A stretch of DNA of 64,000 nt from NCBI GenBank assembly GCA_964639285.1, contig CAZXCI010000001.1, forward strand, positions 219,757 through 283,756, written 5' to 3'. The notes beneath the pieces are model-generated. The model saw only the letters and a list, made by a program, of their open reading frames with translations, was not told where the DNA came from and searched no databases. Origin of the DNA: an uncultured Candidatus Saccharibacteria bacterium. Its GTDB lineage: Bacteria > Patescibacteriota > Minisyncoccia > Phycocordibacterales > XYD1-FULL-46-19. The position numbers and the translations under genes were made by a program. How positions within the stretch are numbered: position 1 is the stretch's first letter; every line of letters begins with the position of its first letter. Below are positions 9,616-18,937 of the stretch, one piece after another.

Positions 9616-10710
9616 TTATAATCCTTCGGATTGCAGATTTTCGATCGCCTCACGGGCTTTCTTAGAAAGTTTCGCCGGGGTTGGGAAAGTGACCCGGATG
9701 AGGAGGTCGCCTCTTCGGCTTGTTCCTCGAATGGGTACACCCTTAGCCTTTACCCGTAAAATTTCGCCATAGGTGAGCCCAGCTGGCACCTTCAAAGTTA
9801 GTTGTCCATCGGGAGTTTCTAATTTATAGTCAGTGCCGAGCAGGGCCTCGGTTAATTTGATTTTGATATCGGTGACGAGATCGTTGCCGTTGCGCCTCCA
9901 AGTTTTGTCTTTATCGACATGAACTTTTATATATAAGTCTCCAGTCTGTCCGCCAGCCACCGCTTCGCCTTGACCGGTAAGACGTATCATCTCCCCCGCA
10001 TCGATTCCTGCCGGAACTTTGACCTCGATGCTCTCTTGTTTGTTCAGAATTCCGGCCCCGTGACAGGGCTGGCATTTTTTCTCAGGTATTTCACCACGGC
10101 CAAGGCAGTCGCTACATTCATGGGTTGATTGGAATACGCCGAAGATTGAGCGTCGAGTCTCATTGACCTTCCCTTTCCCGTCACAAGTGGCACATTTTTT
10201 CATCTGAGAGCCAGCTTCGGCTCCAGAGCCATGACAGTTGTCACATTGACTGACTTTATTAATTAAAATATTTCTCTCAGTGCCAAAAATGGCCTCTTTG
10301 AAACTGATTTGGATATCTACTGATATGTCTCTTCCTCTTTTGACCCGGCTACGCCCGCCACCACCGTTGAACATTTCGCCGAAGATATCGCCTAAGTCGA
10401 ATTCGAAGCCACCATTCCCCGCATTTTGGAAACCAGAAAAATCAAAACCACCCCACGCACCATTCGGTCCATGGTTAGTACCGCCTCCGTGATTGCCGCT
10501 AGCAAAATCACTTCCGAACTGATCATACTGTGCGCGCTTAGTATCGTCAGAGAGGATCTGATAAGCTTCGTTAATTTCTTTAAATTTCGCTTCATCACCG
10601 CCCTGCTTGTCGGGGTGGTATTTATGGGCAAGTTTATGAAAAGCTTTTTTCACCTCTTCCTTAGAGGCCTTTTTTTCCACGCCCAATGTTTTGTAATAGT
10701 CTTTGGCCAT
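9616..10710 (-). CDS. dnaJ: chaperone DnaJ
   Basis: HPD J-domain, G/F-rich region, four CxxCxGxG repeats. Confidence 0.97.
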   Translation of the reverse strand: MAKDYYKTLGVEKKASKEEVKKAFHKLAHKYHPDKQGGDEAKFKEINEAYQILSDDTKRAQYDQFGSDFASGNHGGGTNHGPNGAWGGFDFSGFQNAGNGGFEFDLGDIFGEMFNGGGGRSRVKRGRDISVDIQISFKEAIFGTERNILINKVSQCDNCHGSGAEAGSQMKKCATCDGKGKVNETRRSIFGVFQSTHECSDCLGRGEIPEKKCQPCHGAGILNKQESIEVKVPAGIDAGEMIRLTGQGEAVAGGQTGDLYIKVHVDKDKTWRRNGNDLVTDIKIKLTEALLGTDYKLETPDGQLTLKVPAGLTYGEILRVKAKGVPIRGTSRRGDLLIRVTFPTPAKLSKKAREAIENLQSEGL

Positions 10711-10815
10711 CCCGTTAGAAATTCATTAATTTATAAGTAATTTCAGACCTTTTATATTTATCAATAATCGTAATATTTACCCCCGTATTTCTAGATAGTA
10801 AAATTTCTAACGGGA
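10710..10815. mobile_element. MITE-like inverted-repeat element abutting the dnaJ start codon
   Basis: Terminal IR tcccgttagaaatt...aatttctaacggga; same termini at 52178, 59520 and 39341. Confidence 0.75.
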
Positions 10816-10866
10816 CCATGTATCCTTATATTATACTATGTTTTTTGCTAGGGGCAAGGGTTATGT

Positions 10867-10895
10867 TTGACAGAATACAGTTTAAAGAGTATAAT
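10867..10895 (+). promoter_or_regulatory. sigma70 consensus promoter for the 10949 orphan gene
   Basis: TTGACA-N17-TATAAT; AAGGAG at 10936-10941. Confidence 0.75.
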
Positions 10896-10948
10896 TAAAG
10901 AGGAGTTTAAAGAGAGTACACCAGTACACCATAGAAAGGAGAAAAGAA

Positions 10949-11326
10949 ATGGTTATACCTTCGTTTCCTAGAGCGAAAAAGAAGACTCCTCGTCAGTGTC
11001 CCTTGTCTTTAATGAGAGGCAAGGCTAAGCAGAATGGCCTTGATCTTGGTGTCCCTGGTGGGGAAAACCACCCCGTTGCCTTTAATGGGATTCCTCGAGA
11101 CATGATTGAGAAAATCGTCGTATTTTGCCACCCGGATAAGACTTTCCAACCTTCTAGAAGTCTGAGGTCTCTCCCCAGGAGAGTGGCCGAAAAGATTGAG
11201 AAATTGGGGCCGGCTTCCATTGGCAGAACCTGCACTTTGTCCGGAACCAAGCTCGTTTTAATTGATGTTTATTCCGGGGAAAGATACTATTTTCTCCCTG
11301 CCAAATTGGTTGACGTCGGGAAATGA
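10949..11326 (+). CDS. orphan hypothetical protein between dnaK and dnaJ
   Basis: Has its own promoter, SD and terminator. Confidence 0.65.
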   Translation: MVIPSFPRAKKKTPRQCPLSLMRGKAKQNGLDLGVPGGENHPVAFNGIPRDMIEKIVVFCHPDKTFQPSRSLRSLPRRVAEKIEKLGPASIGRTCTLSGTKLVLIDVYSGERYYFLPAKLVDVGK

Positions 11327-11346
11327 TGCCAACATGTTTAGTGTCC

Positions 11347-11378
11347 AGCCGTGGCGCGCTTGCGCGCCACGGCTTTTG
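11347..11378 (+). terminator. intrinsic terminator
   Basis: agccgtggcgcgc-tt-gcgcgccacggct followed by a T-run. Confidence 0.7.
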
Positions 11379-11379
11379 G

Positions 11380-11450
11380 TTTCGAGGTTGGATCTGGCCC
11401 CCACTTCGCTAAAGCTATGAGGGGCAGGTATGCGAGATCCAACCTCGAAA
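11380..11450. repeat. composite palindromic element with a nested 30 bp insert
   Basis: tttcgaggttggatct-ggc-[11399-11428]-tatgcg-agatccaacctcgaaa; outer element matches uvrB 55765-55813, inner matches uvrA 51446-51475. Confidence 0.8.
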
Positions 11451-11451
11451 G

Positions 11452-13392
11452 CTATGATTTTGTTTCTGCGTCTCTTACATTACCTTCGTCGGAGTCGGAA
11501 GGGCTGGCATTGTCAGCGGGCTTCGCCTCGCTGGAGCCTTCGGCGGAAGCGGGGGCGGATTGGGCCTTCATTAATGCTTCTCCAATTTTTTGCATTTCGG
11601 CAGAGAGGGCGGCGGTCGCTGTTTTAATCGCCTCAATATCCTCGCCATCCTTTACGCCCTTGAGAGCAGTAATTTTGTCTTCGACTCCCCTTTTGATTTC
11701 TTCGGGAACTTTTTTCTCACCTTCGGGTACGCCATCGGCATCTTTCAAACTTTTTTCGGCAGTATAAATTAATTGATCAGCCATGTTGCGAGTTTCAATT
11801 ACCTCGCGCTTTTTCTTGTCTTCTTCGGCGTGAAGTTCGGCATCTTTTTTCATCTTTTCAATATCTTCTTTAGAAAGACTAGTCTTGGCTTCAATGCGAA
11901 TTGATTGTTCTTTGTTTGTCGCTTTATCCTTAGCTTTGACCGACAATATACCGTTGGCATCAAGGTCGAAGGTAACTTCAACCTGAGGCAAACCCCTTGG
12001 TGATGGCGGGATGCCGTCTAAGATGAAGCGGCCAAGTGTTTTGTTATCAGTTACTAGTTCTCGTTCGCCTTGGACGATATGAATTTCAACAGATGTTTGA
12101 TTGTCGGCGGCGGTCGAGAAAATTTGTGACCGCGAGGTAGGGATTGTCGTGTTGCGTTCAATAATTTTTGTAGCAACTCCACCCATTGTTTCGATACCGA
12201 GAGAAAGTGGGGTGACATCGAGGAGCAGGACATCTTTTACGTCTCCGGCAAAAATTCCTCCTTGGATGGCCGCTCCAATAGCTACGACCTCGTCGGGGTT
12301 AATTGAACGGTTTGGCTCTTTGCCGAAGAGGGTTTTTACGGCTTCTTGTATCGCCGGCATACGAGTCTGGCCCCCAACCATGATAATCTCATTAATATCG
12401 CCTACTGCGAGCCCAGAGGCTGTCATAGCACGCTTGGTGATCTCAATCGACTTATCGATAAACTCACGGGCAAGATCCTCTAATGTTGCCCGAGTCATGC
12501 TCATATTGAGGTGGACAGGGCCAGAGGCATCGGAGGTAATAAATGGGATGTTGATCTCGGTTTGATTCATTGTTGAGAGTTCATGTTTGGCTTTCTCGGC
12601 GGCTTCTTTCAAGCGTTGAAGGGCGAGTTCGTCTTTGGTGATATCAATACCATTTTGCTTTTTGAACTCATTACCAATCCAGGCAATGATTTTTTGATCA
12701 ATGTCTTCTCCACCCATATGTGAGTCACCATCGGTAGATTTAACGGAGATACTTTGCTCCTCCTCGCCCCCAATGATTTCGAGAACTGAGACGTCGAAAG
12801 TTCCTCCGCCAAAATCGTAGACAACAACCTTTTCGTCTTTTTTCTTATCAAGACCATAAGCCAAAGCGGCGGCTGTCGGTTCGTTGATAATTCGACGAAC
12901 CTTAAAGCCGGCAATTTCGCCAGCATCTTTTGTTGCCTTGCGTTGAGAGTCGTCGAAGTAGGCGGGCACCGTGATAACAGCCTCTTCAATCTTTTCCCCA
13001 AGCTTGGCCTCAGCATCGTGTTTTAATTTTTGGAGAATTTGAGCCGAGATTTCTTCTGGTCGGAAGTTTTTGTCTCCCATTTTGACCTGGACACCACCGT
13101 CTGATGACTGCTCCATGGTGAAGGAAACAAGCCCCTTATCTTTTTGGATATTGGGATCGTTGAATTTGTGACCCATTAAGCGCTTCACACCAAAAATTGT
13201 GTTCTTTGGGTTAGTGATAGCTTGGCGTTTAGCCAATTGACCCACTAAGCGCTCACCCGCTTTAGAAGTTGCCACAATCGATGGGGTCGTGCGCATACCC
13301 TCGACGTTTTCGACGATACGAGGAGAACCGCCCTCAACAACAGCCATCGCTGAGTTTGCTGTACCTAGATCAATTCCTAAAATTTTTGCCAT
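11452..13392 (-). CDS. dnaK: chaperone DnaK (Hsp70)
   Basis: [22 protein letters not shown] and VGGQTRMP motifs. Confidence 0.98.
   Translation of the reverse strand: MAKILGIDLGTANSAMAVVEGGSPRIVENVEGMRTTPSIVATSKAGERLVGQLAKRQAITNPKNTIFGVKRLMGHKFNDPNIQKDKGLVSFTMEQSSDGGVQVKMGDKNFRPEEISAQILQKLKHDAEAKLGEKIEEAVITVPAYFDDSQRKATKDAGEIAGFKVRRIINEPTAAALAYGLDKKKDEKVVVYDFGGGTFDVSVLEIIGGEEEQSISVKSTDGDSHMGGEDIDQKIIAWIGNEFKKQNGIDITKDELALQRLKEAAEKAKHELSTMNQTEINIPFITSDASGPVHLNMSMTRATLEDLAREFIDKSIEITKRAMTASGLAVGDINEIIMVGGQTRMPAIQEAVKTLFGKEPNRSINPDEVVAIGAAIQGGIFAGDVKDVLLLDVTPLSLGIETMGGVATKIIERNTTIPTSRSQIFSTAADNQTSVEIHIVQGERELVTDNKTLGRFILDGIPPSPRGLPQVEVTFDLDANGILSVKAKDKATNKEQSIRIEAKTSLSKEDIEKMKKDAELHAEEDKKKREVIETRNMADQLIYTAEKSLKDADGVPEGEKKVPEEIKRGVEDKITALKGVKDGEDIEAIKTATAALSAEMQKIGEALMKAQSAPASAEGSSEAKPADNASPSDSDEGNVRDAETKS
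11521..11554. repeat. palindromic element in-frame in the DnaK C-terminal tail
   Basis: 29/34 identical to uvrC 49352-49385; peptides [11 protein letters not shown] vs PAFAEGSGVAK. Confidence 0.75.
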
Positions 13393-13405
13393 ATTGTTTT
13401 TTATC

Positions 13406-13978
13406 TTAATTCTTGTAATGTTTAACTTTTACACTAGCCGGACGAACAATTTTTCCATGTAATTTGTAGCCTTTTTTAATAATCTCAGAAATCTCGTCAT
13501 CCTCCGCTTCTTTTTTAGTCTCAATTGTTCCTAGCGGTTCTTGCTCGGTGGGATCAAACTTATCGCCAGGGCTGGGATTTATTTCTTCGACCCCATGGTC
13601 ACGGAAGATGGTTTGCAGTTGGTTGTAAATGTATTCAATTCCTTTCCGCCAGTTCTCTGGAGCCTGTTCCCAGGCTTCTTTGTTACCGAAGGCCATTTCG
13701 AAACTGTCCGCGATAGCGAAGAGGTCTGAGAGGACCCCTTCTTTGGCCCATTTGCCAATTTCGTGCCGATTCGTCTCGTTTTCTTTTCTGAGGTTTAAGT
13801 AATCAGCCTTGGATCGTTGCCAGCCGTCTAGGTATTCTGAGCGTTCACTCTGGCAGGTTTTAAGCTCTTCTTTTACCTTTTTTAATTTTTCACTCATTTC
13901 GACCGCTTCTGGGGCTCTATCCTCGGTATTTTCTACAAAATCAAAATCCTCTTCGTCTTTAGTTATATTTTTAGCCAT
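13406..13978 (-). CDS. grpE: nucleotide exchange factor GrpE
   Basis: [19 protein letters not shown] and [15 protein letters not shown] motifs; upstream of dnaK. Confidence 0.95.
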   Translation of the reverse strand: MAKNITKDEEDFDFVENTEDRAPEAVEMSEKLKKVKEELKTCQSERSEYLDGWQRSKADYLNLRKENETNRHEIGKWAKEGVLSDLFAIADSFEMAFGNKEAWEQAPENWRKGIEYIYNQLQTIFRDHGVEEINPSPGDKFDPTEQEPLGTIETKKEAEDDEISEIIKKGYKLHGKIVRPASVKVKHYKN

Positions 13979-14050
13979 ATTTTAGTGATTTTTAAGAATT
14001 GTTGACTTTTCTTATTCTTGATAATAACAAAAATATTATTTTAATCAATA

Positions 14051-14088
14051 TGTGCGATATCCAATCTCGCACAATAAGGATATTTTAG
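14051..14088. repeat. REP-like palindrome at the 3' flank of the transposase
   Basis: tgtgcga-tatccaatc-tcgcaca plus tail ataaggatattttag. Confidence 0.85.
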
Positions 14089-14769
14089 CTATTCTATCCA
14101 CAGATTTGTATAGTTTATAGAGCTGGCTTCTTTTAACCATTCACCTATTTCTTTTTCAAGTTCTTGGGGTGATCTGAGGTAGTCAATTAGTTGATCTTTG
14201 TCTATAATGCTGGCAAAATTGTTGTAGCCTAAGTAATCGCGAAGACTCGACCATTCGTATGATTTTAAGAAGTCTAAAAGACGACTTTTGTCTACAATTT
14301 CTTTTTCTTTCCAGCGGGCTTCAATAAGTTCGGCAGGATTAAAATGGATGTAAAAAGGAATATAATTTAATTGTTCTTCGTTTTCAATTCTAACAAATTT
14401 GTATTTACCTTGGAACAAAGTTCCTGATCTTTCGTTTTTAATATTGAAATAGTGAGTATAGCCAATCCCGATTTTTTTCATAAATTCCGAAGCCCCGTCT
14501 TTGACCAACGGTTTAATTAGGAGGTGGTAATGGTTAGGCATTAAAACAAAAGCCAGGATCTCTACAAGTTTTTCTCGTTGATCTTCTGTTTTTGTGCGAG
14601 ATTGGATATCGCACAAACGATCAATATTTTTTGTTTGATTGACGTCGTTAAAATAATAAAGACAAGCCAAAAAACGACGCCTATCATTGTCGCAACTAAA
14701 TATCTCCCGTTTATCTACCCCGCGGTTGTAGATGTGGTAAATATAGTCCTCCGTCGGCTTTTCTCTCAT
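14089..14769 (-). mobile_element. REP-associated tyrosine transposase (RAYT-like, Y1 HUH / IS200-TnpA superfamily)
   Basis: YHIYNRG, HUH motif MPNHYHLL, catalytic YIHFNP, and WSS; flanked on both sides by the same palindrome. Confidence 0.88.
14591..14617. repeat. REP copy inside the transposase CDS
   Basis: tttgtgcgagattggatatcgcacaaa; encodes LCDIQSRTK. Confidence 0.8.
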
Positions 14770-14800
14770 GTTGTGGATATCTTACCATAAAAACCTTTAT

Positions 14801-14851
14801 TGTGCGATATCCAACCTGCCCGAAATGCCTAGGCAGGCGGGTCTCGCACAA
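14801..14851. repeat. REP at the transposase 5' flank, interrupted by a 27 bp CCTGCC-family insert
   Basis: tgtgcgatatccaa[cctgcccgaaatgcctaggcaggcggg]tctcgcacaa; removing 14815-14841 restores the 14051 REP exactly. Confidence 0.85.
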
Positions 14852-14862
14852 TCACAAATACC

Positions 14863-14898
14863 AAAATCGCCCGGCTGACAAACAGACTAGGCGATTTT
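14863..14898 (-). terminator. terminator of the ribosomal operon
   Basis: aaaatcgcc...ggcgatttt hairpin just after rpsI. Confidence 0.55.
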
Positions 14899-14913
14899 GA
14901 AGCACAAGGATAG

Positions 14914-15321
14914 TTAACGTTTAGACCACTGAGGAGCCTTACGAGCCTTTTTAAGGCCAAATTTGCGACGTTCTTTGGCACGGGCGTCACGGGTCATCAT
15001 CCCCTCTTTCTTCATCTCTGGCTTAACCTCTGGCTTCATGGTAACAATGGCGCGACCAAGACCCATGATAACGGCGTCGGTCTGGCCACTGATGCCACCT
15101 CCTATTGAGTGGACGGTGACGGCGAAAGAGCCGTGTTCGCCAATTTTGGCCAGAGCCTTCTTAACTCGTTCGCGCATTTCAACAGTTGGGAAATAGGCAT
15201 CGAGAGTTTTGTCATTAATCTCAAAACTATCTTTGTTCGCTTTGGTAATGCGAACACGAGCTGACGCTGTCTTGCGTCGCCCAACTCCTTCAAAATATCT
15301 TTCTTTAGTAGCGGTTGTCAT
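14914..15321 (-). CDS. rpsI: 30S ribosomal protein S9
   Basis: GVGRRKTASARV and GLKKARKAPQWSKR motifs. Confidence 0.97.
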   Translation of the reverse strand: MTTATKERYFEGVGRRKTASARVRITKANKDSFEINDKTLDAYFPTVEMRERVKKALAKIGEHGSFAVTVHSIGGGISGQTDAVIMGLGRAIVTMKPEVKPEMKKEGMMTRDARAKERRKFGLKKARKAPQWSKR

Positions 15322-15330
15322 ATTTATTAA

Positions 15331-15696
15331 CTATTCGGTAATTATTAAATTCTTTATCATTACTGCGCGCAAACGATTAGCCGGGAGCATTCCGTAAACA
15401 GCTTTCTTGATTGGTTCAGCCCACCCCTTTTTTTCTACAAGACGGGATAAAGGTGTTCTGCGCAAACCGCTTGGGTGGCCAGTATAATGAGTATAGATCT
15501 TGTCATCCATTTTCTTCTGGGTAACCTTGAGCTTGCTGGCATTGATGACCTTAACGATAACTTGGGGGGCAATGTTCTTGGCAAAACTGGTTGTGTCTTT
15601 ACCGCGCAAAGCATTAGCCGCTTGAGTGGCAACTCGGCCCAGGGCTTGTCCGGTAGCGTCAATAGTATATTCCTTTTTTTCTGTTTGGGTATTCAT
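15331..15696 (-). CDS. rplM: 50S ribosomal protein L13
   Basis: IDATGQALGRVA, YTHYTGHPSGL and AVYGMLP motifs. Confidence 0.95.
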   Translation of the reverse strand: MNTQTEKKEYTIDATGQALGRVATQAANALRGKDTTSFAKNIAPQVIVKVINASKLKVTQKKMDDKIYTHYTGHPSGLRRTPLSRLVEKKGWAEPIKKAVYGMLPANRLRAVMIKNLIITE

Positions 15697-15697
15697 A

Positions 15698-16051
15698 TTA
15701 AACAAATTCGATTACAGCCATTGGACTGCCATCACTGATGCGTCGTCCAAGTTTGGTAATACGGGTATAGCCACCATGTCGCTCGTTGAAACGAGGACCT
15801 AATTCGGCAAACAATTTAACGATAACCTTTTTGTCTTGACCAATTTTCTCAATAACAGTTCGGCGATTGGCAAGGGTATCTTTTTTTGCTTTGGTCACCA
15901 ATTTCTCCACGTAAGGGCGGATTTCTTTGGCCTTAGGTTCAGTCGTTGTGATTTTTTCTCTTAAAATTAGATTGCTTGCCAAAGAACGCACTAAAGCGGT
16001 GCGGACTTTCTTAACGCGGTTGAATTTTCGGCCTTTTACTTGGTGACGCAT
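15698..16051 (-). CDS. rplQ: 50S ribosomal protein L17
   Basis: MRHQ...KITTTEPKAKE and RHGGYTRI motifs. Confidence 0.97.
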   Translation of the reverse strand: MRHQVKGRKFNRVKKVRTALVRSLASNLILREKITTTEPKAKEIRPYVEKLVTKAKKDTLANRRTVIEKIGQDKKVIVKLFAELGPRFNERHGGYTRITKLGRRISDGSPMAVIEFV

Positions 16052-16057
16052 AATAAT

Positions 16058-17011
16058 TTATTTGAGGCTTAGACCATAATCTTCTAACACTTTTTTGATT
16101 TCTTGTAAACCTTTTTCACCCAAACCTTCGATCTCTTTGACATCGGACTCCCTCTTTCGTCCTAAGCCGCCAACTGTTCTAATACTGGCATTGGCCAGAG
16201 CCTTTTGGGTTCGGACAGAGAGCCCAAGGTCCTCGATTTTGGTTTTAAGGGCATCAGTCTCTTCTTCACGTTCGGTATCGTCAACCTCGGTTTTCTTGGG
16301 TTTCTCGTTCTCAACTTCTTCTTTAAAGCCGACAATAGCTTTGAGCTGTTCAATCATAATATAGATACTTCTCTCGAGGGCTTCTCGTGGAGAGACGGTC
16401 CCGTCAGTTTCGATGTGAAGAATTAATTTGTTGAAGTCAGTACGATCACCAACGCGCATGTTCTCAACCTCGTAATTGGCTTTCTTAATAGGGGTGAAAG
16501 CAGCATCGAGAACGATGGCTCCAATCTCCACCTTATCCTTCTTTAGGTTTTCGCTGGGAATATATCCGATACCTTTCTCGATAGTGAATTCTCCTTCGAG
16601 AGTTATATTTTTGTCAGTAAGGCTGGCAATGTATTGATCGGGATTAATAACCTTAACTTGGCCTGGAACTTGGAGATCACGAGCGGTTGCCTCTTTGCCT
16701 CCTTTAAAATGGAATTTAACAACCTGACTCTCGTCGCCAACAACCTGGAATCTAATTTTTTTTAAATTTAGGATGACGTTGATTGCGTCTTCTTTAACCC
16801 CAGCAATAGATGAAAACTCGTGATTGACCCCCTCAATTTTGAGTGAAGTGATGGCCCAGCCAGGCAAAGAGGAAAGAATAATTCGGCGCAAAGAATTGCC
16901 TAGGGTGTGACCATAGCCGGGGTAGAAACCCTCTATCTCATAAACACCGCTGGTGGCAGTTTCGCTAACGACACGAGGCTTAGATGGAAAAATAATATTG
17001 GAATTTATCAT
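16058..17011 (-). CDS. rpoA: RNA polymerase alpha subunit
   Basis: GYGHTLGNSLRRIILSS and VENMRVGDRTDF motifs; alpha-CTD present. Confidence 0.97.
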   Translation of the reverse strand: MINSNIIFPSKPRVVSETATSGVYEIEGFYPGYGHTLGNSLRRIILSSLPGWAITSLKIEGVNHEFSSIAGVKEDAINVILNLKKIRFQVVGDESQVVKFHFKGGKEATARDLQVPGQVKVINPDQYIASLTDKNITLEGEFTIEKGIGYIPSENLKKDKVEIGAIVLDAAFTPIKKANYEVENMRVGDRTDFNKLILHIETDGTVSPREALERSIYIMIEQLKAIVGFKEEVENEKPKKTEVDDTEREEETDALKTKIEDLGLSVRTQKALANASIRTVGGLGRKRESDVKEIEGLGEKGLQEIKKVLEDYGLSLK

Positions 17012-17059
17012 AAATGTTTATTCAAATAAATGACCTATTGGTAATATGGATAAACTTTT

Positions 17060-17674
17060 CTAACGACTATAGAACTCTAAAATTGAACTAAAATCGATAC
17101 TTGCCTCGTTTTGACCCCTAACTGGTTCGCCTTTGACAGCGCCGGTTGAGGTTTCGACATCAAACGAGAGCCACTCCGGAGTCTGATGACCCCGAACTTT
17201 TTCGCCGAGATTGGCAAAAATTCCTTTGTTTTGACTAGCCGGGCGAATTTTTACAGTATCCCCAGCTTTTAATAGGATTGACGGGACGCGGACCTTCTTG
17301 TTGTTGACAAGGAAGTGTCCATGAGAGACAGCCTGGCGGGAAGCTTGGCGAGAGGTAGTTAAGCCAAGACGATAGACAATGTTATCAAGACGAGACTCAA
17401 GTTTTTTGAAAAGGAGGTCGACGTGATCACTTCCTCGTTTAGTGCGGATGGTTTGGACATAATTGCTAAATTGTTTTTCTGTTAATCCGTAAGTGTAACG
17501 GGCTTTCTGTTTCTCTTGGAGCTGAAGTGAGTATTCAGAAGGAGCTCGCTTCGGGTGCTTACCTCCACGTCGGACTTTGTCGGTTCCCGAAATAGCAAAT
17601 CTCGGTCCCTGGCATTTACCAAACACTTGATCTCCAACACGACGACAAATTTTAAATTTTGGTCCTAATTTCAT
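17060..17674 (-). CDS. rpsD: 30S ribosomal protein S4
   Basis: SEYSLQLQEKQK and LESRLDNIVYRLG motifs. Confidence 0.97.
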   Translation of the reverse strand: MKLGPKFKICRRVGDQVFGKCQGPRFAISGTDKVRRGGKHPKRAPSEYSLQLQEKQKARYTYGLTEKQFSNYVQTIRTKRGSDHVDLLFKKLESRLDNIVYRLGLTTSRQASRQAVSHGHFLVNNKKVRVPSILLKAGDTVKIRPASQNKGIFANLGEKVRGHQTPEWLSFDVETSTGAVKGEPVRGQNEASIDFSSILEFYSR

Positions 17675-17680
17675 AATTTT

Positions 17681-18109
17681 TTATACTCGTCTCGGCTTAG
17701 GCGCCTTAGGTCCATTGAAAGGTACTGGCGTCTTATCCTTGATTGATAAAATATTAACCCCTTTGGCCGCAATGGCGCGCATGGCCCCTTCTCGTCCGGC
17801 TCCAACTCCGCGGATGATGACATCAATTTCTTTAACTCCCATGGCCATAGCTTTCTCGGCAATCAATTCTCCAACCTTACTAGCCGCAAACGGAGTTCCC
17901 TTTTTGGAACCAGAATAACCAAGAGACCCGCTTGAAGACCAAACAAGGGCCCCACCAGAACCGTCGGTTAAGTTCAATTTAGTATTGTTGTAAGTTGCCT
18001 CAATGTGAAGAGTGGCTCGTTCGAGTTTCTTTTTGGGTACGCGAGAACTCCCGGCTGTTTTGCCGGAAGAAGTTTGCCCTGATTTCTTTATAATTCTTTT
18101 CTTTCCCAT
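17681..18109 (-). CDS. rpsK: 30S ribosomal protein S11
   Basis: ATYNNT, KKGTPFAA and PFNGPKAPKPRRV motifs. Confidence 0.97.
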   Translation of the reverse strand: MGKKRIIKKSGQTSSGKTAGSSRVPKKKLERATLHIEATYNNTKLNLTDGSGGALVWSSSGSLGYSGSKKGTPFAASKVGELIAEKAMAMGVKEIDVIIRGVGAGREGAMRAIAAKGVNILSIKDKTPVPFNGPKAPKPRRV

Positions 18110-18117
18110 TTTATTTG

Positions 18118-18498
18118 CTATTTCTTCTCAACTTTACGCTTTCCTGAACCCATCGTCTTCCTTACATTACCACGGCGAGTGCGGGAATTGGTCTTAGTAC
18201 GCTGGCCTCTTGAGGGGAGACTTCGTGTGTGTCTTGATCCGCGATAGCTTTTAATATCTTTTAGACGTTTAATATTGCCAGAAATTTCTCGCTTAAGATC
18301 GCCTTCAATCTTATACTTTTCAAGGGCCTTGCGGATTTTGTTTTCCTCTTCAGGCTTAAGATCTGCGCTTTTTTTTGAAGCATTAACTTTCGCTTCAGCG
18401 AGGATTTTTCTTGAACGAACAAGACCTACGCCATAAATTGCTGTTAGGGCATACTCCAAGCGCTTATTATCGGGAATGTTAATACCTACAATACGCAT
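18118..18498 (-). CDS. rpsM: 30S ribosomal protein S13
   Basis: YALTAIYGVG and LPSRGQRTKTNSRTR motifs. Confidence 0.97.
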   Translation of the reverse strand: MRIVGINIPDNKRLEYALTAIYGVGLVRSRKILAEAKVNASKKSADLKPEEENKIRKALEKYKIEGDLKREISGNIKRLKDIKSYRGSRHTRSLPSRGQRTKTNSRTRRGNVRKTMGSGKRKVEKK

Positions 18499-18500
18499 GG

Positions 18501-18617
18501 CTAGGCTTGTTTTTGCTTGTGGCGTGGCTTATTAGGGCAAATAATATAAAGATGGCCACGGCGTTTGACCATTTTGCACTTAGCACATCTTTTTTTGATT
18601 GTTGATCTAATTTTCAT
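18501..18617 (-). CDS. rpmJ: 50S ribosomal protein L36 (below the ORF-track cutoff)
   Basis: Manual translation MKIRSTIKKRCAKCKMVKRRGHLYIICPNKPRHKQKQA; lies between infA and rpsM. Confidence 0.95.
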   Translation of the reverse strand: MKIRSTIKKRCAKCKMVKRRGHLYIICPNKPRHKQKQA

Positions 18618-18632
18618 AAAAAATCGACTGAA

Positions 18633-18848
18633 TTAGAAGCGTTTGACTATCCTACCTCTTCCGCCGTAGTCGTCGAGAACGAGCTCCACTTTATCACCCA
18701 CGAGGACGCGGATTCTGTGGATTCGCATTCTACCAGCAAGATAAGCTAGTACTTCTTCTCCAGTACCAATATTGACCCTAAATTGGGTGTTGGGTAAAGC
18801 CTCGGTAACTATACCGCTAATCGTTTCTTTTTTTTCAGCTTTATCCAT
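18633..18848 (-). CDS. infA: translation initiation factor IF-1
   Basis: GIVTEALPNTQFRV and LAGRMRIHRIRVLVGDKV motifs. Confidence 0.95.
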   Translation of the reverse strand: MDKAEKKETISGIVTEALPNTQFRVNIGTGEEVLAYLAGRMRIHRIRVLVGDKVELVLDDYGGRGRIVKRF

Positions 18849-18937
18849 TGCCAAATCTGACCTGTTTATCCTAGCAAATTAACTGGGTATAAGTCAACCC
18901 CCGTAAGGTCCGTTTGTAAAGGGTCAAGGGGTGAGTC

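Noticed and set aside
11351-12565. Plus-strand ORFs antisense to dnaK, and similar shadow ORFs throughout the window
   Set aside because: They lie opposite well-conserved genes and have no initiation signals or motifs
13980-14050. CIRCE operator upstream of grpE-dnaK
   Set aside because: No TTAGCACTC-N9-GAGTGCTAA; the nearby palindrome is the transposase REP
14089-14769. Autonomous IS200/IS605 element with tnpB
   Set aside because: No tnpB; protein length and repeated dispersed palindromes fit a RAYT better
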